From contig CP060765.1 of assembly GCA_023205875.1 (NCBI GenBank), forward strand, positions 310,001 through 374,000: a DNA stretch of 64,000 bases, given 5' to 3'. A program made the position numbers and the translations under genes. The notes under the pieces are model-generated. The model made no database searches, was not told the origin of the DNA, and saw nothing but the letters and a program-made list of their open reading frames with translations. Below, piece after piece: positions 58,692-64,000 of the stretch. Numbering within the stretch: the stretch's first letter is position 1; each line of letters opens with the position of its first letter. The DNA is from Chloropicon primus. Taxonomy: Eukaryota.

Positions 58692-58838
58692 AGAAGAACT
58701 TTTGCTTTTGCTTTCCTGTTTATTTAGTGTTTTCAATCTATTATGGGACGACTTTTTCCTCCCCGTCCAGGCATCATCACCACTCCTCACTCCATGCATG
58801 AGCCCCCCTCCTCACTCCTCCCAAGCGTTGGCTGTTTG

Positions 58839-58852
58839 GAAAGATCACGAGA
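58839..58852 (+). promoter_or_regulatory. GAAAG box of the upstream element (other half not evident)
   Basis: GAAAGATCACGAGA, about 210 nt upstream of the RECG ATG. Confidence 0.4.
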
Positions 58853-58962
58853 CAAAGGATCCACCCATTAGTGCCCCTTCCCTTCCGCCGTCTCCCTCCA
58901 CCACCACCATCCATCATCATCCCCCTCGCCTCCTCCCTCTCACCTCCTCTCGATGCGATGAT

Positions 58963-58970
58963 TTTCCCGC
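58963..58970 (+). promoter_or_regulatory. Putative E2F site upstream of RECG
   Basis: TTTCCCGC, about 95 nt upstream of the ATG. Confidence 0.5.
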
Positions 58971-59064
58971 CAGCTTCAAAAGAGAAAGAGAGAGAGTCGC
59001 TGCGTCCTGCGTCGCTGCCCTGTCCTTCCTCGTTGTGGCACCTCGACCGTGTCTCGCGATCGCC

Positions 59065-62000
59065 ATGGAGAGGGACGTGTTGCCTCGGGTTGGATCCTGG
59101 ATGAAAAGCTTGGCCGCGAGGCAGAGCCACTTCCTCATTCGTAGGAGGACCAAGCCGAGCTCCAGCTCCGGTGGTTCGAAGACGCCAAGGTTCTCGGAGC
59201 CTGGGGGGAGTGGTGGTGATGGTCGTCATCACGTCACTCGGAGCAACTCGACGGCGGCTTCGTTTCCGACGACGTCGTGCTACCGCGGCATCACGTCCTT
59301 GGCTTGCTCGAGGTCGAGCACCACGGCATCGTGTGTCCAAGGGAAGCGCCAGGAGGTGCAGCTGAGGTTCGAGGGGTTGGTGCTTGCTGGGGTTGGGGCA
59401 GCGAGTGGAAACGCCAGGAGGAGGTGCTGCGCGCCGTACTCGTCCAGGAGAGCGGACGCGAAGACGGCTGAGGTGCCCACTGAGGTTGCGTTGATCCAGG
59501 CGCTGGACCTGGAGTCTCGGCTTGGGTTCTGCAATTTGAAGGGGAAGCGTTACGCCAGTTTCCACCTGTTCCTTCTGGCGCAGCTCCGCGACTTCAACGA
59601 GTTCTCGCACGACAGGGGCCTCCACTCGTCAAGGAGGGATCTCCTCGCCAAGACGGAGCGGTATCCGGCGATGACGACGGAAGAGAGGAAGCACACTCTC
59701 GGGGAGGTCCGTCGGTTTTTGGAGCAGTACTGGCAACTGAAAGCCAAGGGAACCAGCGAACCAGCCAGCAGCTCGGGAGCTCGGGCTCCCGTACAACCCT
59801 CGGATGTCACGAGAAGGGAAGTAGGCGCGACTCTGAAGGACATCGAGCCTTTCAACCTCTTCTTCTTCGACGTCGAGACGACTGGGTTGTCCTCGAAGAG
59901 GGACCGCATCGTCGAGATCGCAATCACCGCGCTGCACAGCAAAGAGAAGTGGTCCTGCTTGATTGACCCAGAGTGCCTCATTCCGAGGCAAGCGAGCGCG
60001 ATCACGGGGCTCACGAACGAAATGCTGGAGAACGCAAGCGCCCCGACCTTCGATAAAGTTGTCGGGGAAATGGTTCAGTTTGTGAAGGAGAAGTCGCTTC
60101 CGATAAGCCATGCCACTCTCGTGGCGCACAACGTTCGGTTCGACAGCCGGTTCCTGCAAGCCGAATTCACGAGAGCTGGCGTCGAAGTTCCTGAGAACTG
60201 GAGGTTTTTCGACTCGCTTGAGTTTGCCAGGAAGGTCCTGGGAAAGGATACCATCAAGAGTTTCAGCCTCCAAAATTTGAACAGCCACTTTGGTCTACCG
60301 GATCCGGAGAGGGAGCACAGAGCCGCCGATGATGTGAACGTGTTGATCCAAGTATTCCAAGGGATTATTGGCAACACGAAACCTGACCAGGTGGTCAAGC
60401 TCATCACCCGAGACAGGATTAGGCTGGAACCCTCGCGACCGACGAGTCATGTCGACTCCTCGAGCCCGGCAGGAGCCGGAGTGGCATCGTTGAAGGCCAG
60501 ACCAGCTGAGGCGAGGAATCAGCGCGCAAAGATGCTGAGGCCAGACCCCTCGCGGGTTATGGGCGCAAAGGAAATTGAGAGCAGTGTTGCTGTTCCGTCT
60601 GTCAAGTTGCCAGACTATCACCACCATAATGGTTTCGATCCGCTCCAGTCCAGAGAAGAGGATGCGGACTTGCACGAAGAGGCTGGCATCTATTCCATTG
60701 CAAGCGAAGTGTCTGGGGCGAGAGAGATCGAGTTCCTGACTTCTGGAATCCCCATGAATTCTCTTAGCTCCTTCACCCCCCTTCAGAGGCAGATCAATGC
60801 TGAAGCGGGGTTCGAGACCCTTGCGTCTTTGCTCCAGCACTACCCCAGGGACTATCTCCTTTACTCTGGCGATTGGAATGACGGGGAGTTTATCTGCTCG
60901 CAAGGCGTCGTGTCGAACATCAAGAGCTTTTGCAAGGGCAACAAGGGCTTCATTGAAGCGACGGTGGAATGCGAGGCGGAGAACACAGTCAAGATCAAGC
61001 AGTGGTATCATTTCCGCAACTACGCTTTGGCTCAGAGGGCGTTGAGGGGCATGGTGGCCAGGTACCCCGTGGACTCGATAATGGCGTTCAAAGGCAAGTT
61101 GAAACAGAGGCCGGCGAGTGGCACGATGTGGGATCTCACGGGAAACGTGGAGATGACCTCCTTGGACGACTTCATCAGAATTGAGAAACAGGTCATCCCA
61201 GTATATCCGGCAAAGGGTGTGATCAAGAGCGGAACCTTTAACAAACTGATCAAGAAGGGCCTCGGCGCGTGCCCCCCTGTGGATCTCTTGCCTCTTGAAG
61301 TGGTGAAAAAGTACAATCTTATGAGGTACAAGGACGCCCTTCAGGGAATTCACTTCCCGTCAACCTTGGAGGAGGCAAACCAGGCCAGGAGGAGTCTTGT
61401 TTTCCAGGAGCTTTTCTTGCTTCAGACGGCCCTGATGCTGAGAAGATACCAGCTTCAGACCCCGCAAAACAACGTGGATGCCAAGGGCATTCGGGTGGGA
61501 ACCTCCGGGCTTCTTGAACACGCGTGCAAGAGCTTGCCATATGATTTGACTTCCGCGCAATCAAGGGTCTTGGAGGAAGTGCTCGGGGACATGATGGGCG
61601 CTCCCCCGATGATGAGGCTGCTTCAAGGCGATGTTGGTAGTGGCAAGACGATCGTGGCTCTCCTGGCGATGCTCTCGGCCGTGGATGCGGGATTCCAGGC
61701 CGCCTTCATGGTCCCAACAGAAATTCTTGCAGTTCAGCAGGCCCACAAGCTCGAGGAGTTCCTGGAGACGCTGAAGCTTGCTGACAGCGACTTTGAGACG
61801 CCAAAGGTGGTTGTTCTCACGGGATCGATGAAGGCCAGCGAGAAGAAGGAGGCGATGGAGGCCACTGCAAATGGTGCGGCTTCCATCACATTTGGTACGC
61901 ACAGCTTGATCAGCGAGGGGGTGAAGTTTTTGAAGCTTGGACTTGCTGTCATTGATGAACAGCACAAGTTTGGCGTGGAGCAGAGGAGCAAGCTTCAGAG

Positions 62001-62907
62001 CAAGAACCAGCCCCCGCCTCACCTGCTGTCCATGTCCGCCACTCCTATTCCGAGGACCCTGGCTTTGACCATGTATGGGGAGATGGCCCTTTCTTACATC
62101 GACGAAGTCCCACCAGGCAGGCAGCCGATCACCACCTCGGTGTACAGGCAAGCTGACGAGGAGAGGAGGAGGAGCGCGTACCAAAAGCTCGTGTCCGAGG
62201 TTCAGAAAGGGAACAAAGGGTTCATCGTGTTTCCTTTGATCGATTCCAGCGAGAATGAGGACTTTCAATCCATCAAGGCCGCGGAGGCTTCATTTGAGGG
62301 TCTCATCAACAACGAGCTTCGTGGCATTCCGTGTGGATTGCTGCACGGGAGACTCCAGCCGCAGGAGAAGCTGAATGCCCAGAACGACTTCCTTGAGGGA
62401 AGGACAAAGGTTTTGGTTGCGACCGCTGTGATCGAAGTTGGTGTGGATATCCCAGAAGCCTCGGTGATCATCGTGGAGAACAGTGAGAGGTTTGGCTTGG
62501 CCCAGCTGCACCAGTTGAGGGGAAGAGTCGGAAGGAGCTCGAGGAAGAGCCACTGCTTTCTTCTGACTGGCGGGGCCGATGCGTCCTACTCGAGGATCAA
62601 GCACATGGAGACGCTTGATAACGGTTTCGCCGTTTCGGAGCTGGACCTTGCCCTGCGTGGCGCGGGGGACTTCATCGGTACCAGGCAAGCTGGGCAATCG
62701 GGATTGGGCAGCCTGCTGCTGGCGGACATGTCCCTGGAGCCGGATCGAATTGCTTTGGAAGAGGCGAGGGAAGCTGCATCCGGGGCATTCGGGGATGGCG
62801 AGCCAAAGCTCGGCCAGAGCCTGCTGATGTTCCTCCAGAACAACCCCCCGGTCCCCTTCTTGGATGTTGCACCCGATAATATCTATGACACTTTTGAGTC
62901 ACAATAG
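59065..62907 (+). CDS. RECG: Organellar RecG helicase with inserted DEDDh 3'-5' exonuclease domain
   Basis: RecG motifs RLLQGDVGSGKT, PTEILA, DEQHKFG, SATPIPRTL, HGR and QLHQLRGRVGR; DEDDh motifs FDVETTG, AHNVRFD and HRAADDV; Ser/Arg-rich presequence. Confidence 0.9.
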   Translation: MERDVLPRVGSWMKSLAARQSHFLIRRRTKPSSSSGGSKTPRFSEPGGSGGDGRHHVTRSNSTAASFPTTSCYRGITSLACSRSSTTASCVQGKRQEVQLRFEGLVLAGVGAASGNARRRCCAPYSSRRADAKTAEVPTEVALIQALDLESRLGFCNLKGKRYASFHLFLLAQLRDFNEFSHDRGLHSSRRDLLAKTERYPAMTTEERKHTLGEVRRFLEQYWQLKAKGTSEPASSSGARAPVQPSDVTRREVGATLKDIEPFNLFFFDVETTGLSSKRDRIVEIAITALHSKEKWSCLIDPECLIPRQASAITGLTNEMLENASAPTFDKVVGEMVQFVKEKSLPISHATLVAHNVRFDSRFLQAEFTRAGVEVPENWRFFDSLEFARKVLGKDTIKSFSLQNLNSHFGLPDPEREHRAADDVNVLIQVFQGIIGNTKPDQVVKLITRDRIRLEPSRPTSHVDSSSPAGAGVASLKARPAEARNQRAKMLRPDPSRVMGAKEIESSVAVPSVKLPDYHHHNGFDPLQSREEDADLHEEAGIYSIASEVSGAREIEFLTSGIPMNSLSSFTPLQRQINAEAGFETLASLLQHYPRDYLLYSGDWNDGEFICSQGVVSNIKSFCKGNKGFIEATVECEAENTVKIKQWYHFRNYALAQRALRGMVARYPVDSIMAFKGKLKQRPASGTMWDLTGNVEMTSLDDFIRIEKQVIPVYPAKGVIKSGTFNKLIKKGLGACPPVDLLPLEVVKKYNLMRYKDALQGIHFPSTLEEANQARRSLVFQELFLLQTALMLRRYQLQTPQNNVDAKGIRVGTSGLLEHACKSLPYDLTSAQSRVLEEVLGDMMGAPPMMRLLQGDVGSGKTIVALLAMLSAVDAGFQAAFMVPTEILAVQQAHKLEEFLETLKLADSDFETPKVVVLTGSMKASEKKEAMEATANGAASITFGTHSLISEGVKFLKLGLAVIDEQHKFGVEQRSKLQSKNQPPPHLLSMSATPIPRTLALTMYGEMALSYIDEVPPGRQPITTSVYRQADEERRRSAYQKLVSEVQKGNKGFIVFPLIDSSENEDFQSIKAAEASFEGLINNELRGIPCGLLHGRLQPQEKLNAQNDFLEGRTKVLVATAVIEVGVDIPEASVIIVENSERFGLAQLHQLRGRVGRSSRKSHCFLLTGGADASYSRIKHMETLDNGFAVSELDLALRGAGDFIGTRQAGQSGLGSLLLADMSLEPDRIALEEAREAASGAFGDGEPKLGQSLLMFLQNNPPVPFLDVAPDNIYDTFESQ

Positions 62908-62997
62908 GTTTTTAGTCATCACAATAGGGCCAGCCGCACGACGTGTGTGCTCCTTGGCGTGTGGTGTGTATTGTATGTTTAGTGTATAAAAAGTGAA

Positions 62998-64000
62998 TCA
63001 ATCACTCATGCTCATGTCCCCGTCGTCGTCATCATCATCGACGTCCTCGCTTGCTGCCTCCTTCTCGCTGTGGATCTTCAGCAGCCTGATCTCCTTCAAA
63101 AGGCTCTTCGCGTCCTCCCTGTGGTTACCCCCGTAGTCCAGGAGTCTGGCGCAGTACACTTCACTCTCATTGAGCCTCCCGGTCCCCTTGCAGTGCTGGG
63201 TGAGGAACATCAACGTCTGCACCACGTCAGCGTTGCACACCCCGTCCACATCAAGCCTTTCGATGTTCTTCTTGTTATACAGGTAGGCCGCCTCGTAGTC
63301 CCCTCGCTTCCTGTACAGGTCTGCGATCTTCGCCAAAGCAATGCCCTCCCGGTCTCCCTTGCTCTCGGCATTCTTGTAGCACTGCAGCGCTGCGTCTTGC
63401 ATGTTGAGCTCCTCGCTCTCGTAGCACTGGCCCATGGCACACCAGAACCTAGCGTCACCGGGCCTCAGCTTGGTTGCCTGCCTAAAGTAATAGAGCGCAT
63501 AGTAAGGCATCCTCAGAACCTCGTAGGTCTGCCCCAAGCCGTACCAAGCCCTGTAATCCCGGGGGTTAATGTCCACCGCCCGCCTGTAAGCCTCGATCGC
63601 AGCCTCGGGGTTCTTCATCTCAACGTATTCGTGACCCATCAAGGTCCACGCGCTCAGATAGTTCCGGTTGAGCTTCAGAGCCCTCCTGAAGTACGCCACG
63701 GCCTTCTCATGCTGCGTCCGCAGGGAATAGTAGTTCCCAATGATGCAGCAGGTCTCGGGCTTGTACTTGTCGGTCAAGATCGCGCTGTGGGCAAGGTGGG
63801 ACAGCCCGGCGTAAGCCTCCTTCACGTACAGGATGTTGCTGTAGGTGTCCATGGACTCTATCCGGTGGGGCGACTTCCTGTGGAGGAGCTCAAAGAGGTT
63901 CTGGGCTTCATCAAACTGGCGCAAGTTGTAGTGGGCCGTGGCGGCTTGGGCGAGAATGTACTCCGAGTTCGGAAACACGGACTGGAGCTCCGTGTACTGG
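62998..64000 (-). CDS. CDC23: Anaphase-promoting complex subunit 8 (5'-truncated by the window edge)
   Basis: TPRs MDTYSNILYVKE, ETCCIIGNYYSLR..HEKAV.YFRRALKLN and AWTLMGHEYVEMKN..DYRAWYGLGQ.YE. Confidence 0.93.
   Translation of the reverse strand, partial: QYTELQSVFPNSEYILAQAATAHYNLRQFDEAQNLFELLHRKSPHRIESMDTYSNILYVKEAYAGLSHLAHSAILTDKYKPETCCIIGNYYSLRTQHEKAVAYFRRALKLNRNYLSAWTLMGHEYVEMKNPEAAIEAYRRAVDINPRDYRAWYGLGQTYEVLRMPYYALYYFRQATKLRPGDARFWCAMGQCYESEELNMQDAALQCYKNAESKGDREGIALAKIADLYRKRGDYEAAYLYNKKNIERLDVDGVCNADVVQTLMFLTQHCKGTGRLNESEVYCARLLDYGGNHREDAKSLLKEIRLLKIHSEKEAASEDVDDDDDDGDMSMSD

Noticed and set aside
58657..59064. Upstream extension of the 1416-aa RecG ORF
   Set aside because: It overlaps the scramblase last exon and 3' region and contains promoter-like motifs; the ATG at 59065 (GCCATGG context) is more plausible.
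7387..64000. A functional DNA-repair or cell-cycle gene cluster (SNF2, RAD21, FIGL1, J-zfPARP-BRCT, RECG, CDC23)
   Set aside because: The genes are scattered over 55 kb among unrelated genes; there is no evidence beyond chance in a gene-dense genome.

Overview
Eukaryotic nuclear DNA from a green alga with a very compact, GC-rich genome: short intergenic spacers, few GT-AG introns of 76-359 nt, and nuclear-encoded plastid proteins (LHCB5, CPN20, TOC34). It resembles a prasinophyte-grade picoalga such as Chloropicon, but the species cannot be confirmed from sequence alone. About 29 protein-coding genes are supportable; I reconstructed 9 of them across introns that the ORF track breaks. I saw no rRNA, tRNA, CRISPR array or intact transposon. 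The most notable observations are: (1) a recurrent bipartite ~49-bp non-coding element (TCCSGGCRYCAAA-N22-GAAAGVYCNYGAGA) with exact spacing, lying mostly 70-155 nt upstream of start codons and sometimes paired ~180 nt apart; (2) a J-domain + PARP-type zinc finger + BRCT + SAP-like protein; (3) an organellar RecG with an intact DEDDh exonuclease inserted; (4) a cyclase with mammalian adenylyl-cyclase architecture but guanylyl-cyclase specificity residues; (5) a nuclear, P-loop-degenerate F1-alpha-like protein; (6) DENN-DUF547 and RimM-PRC-repeat fusions. All family calls come from motif recognition by eye, not database searches.
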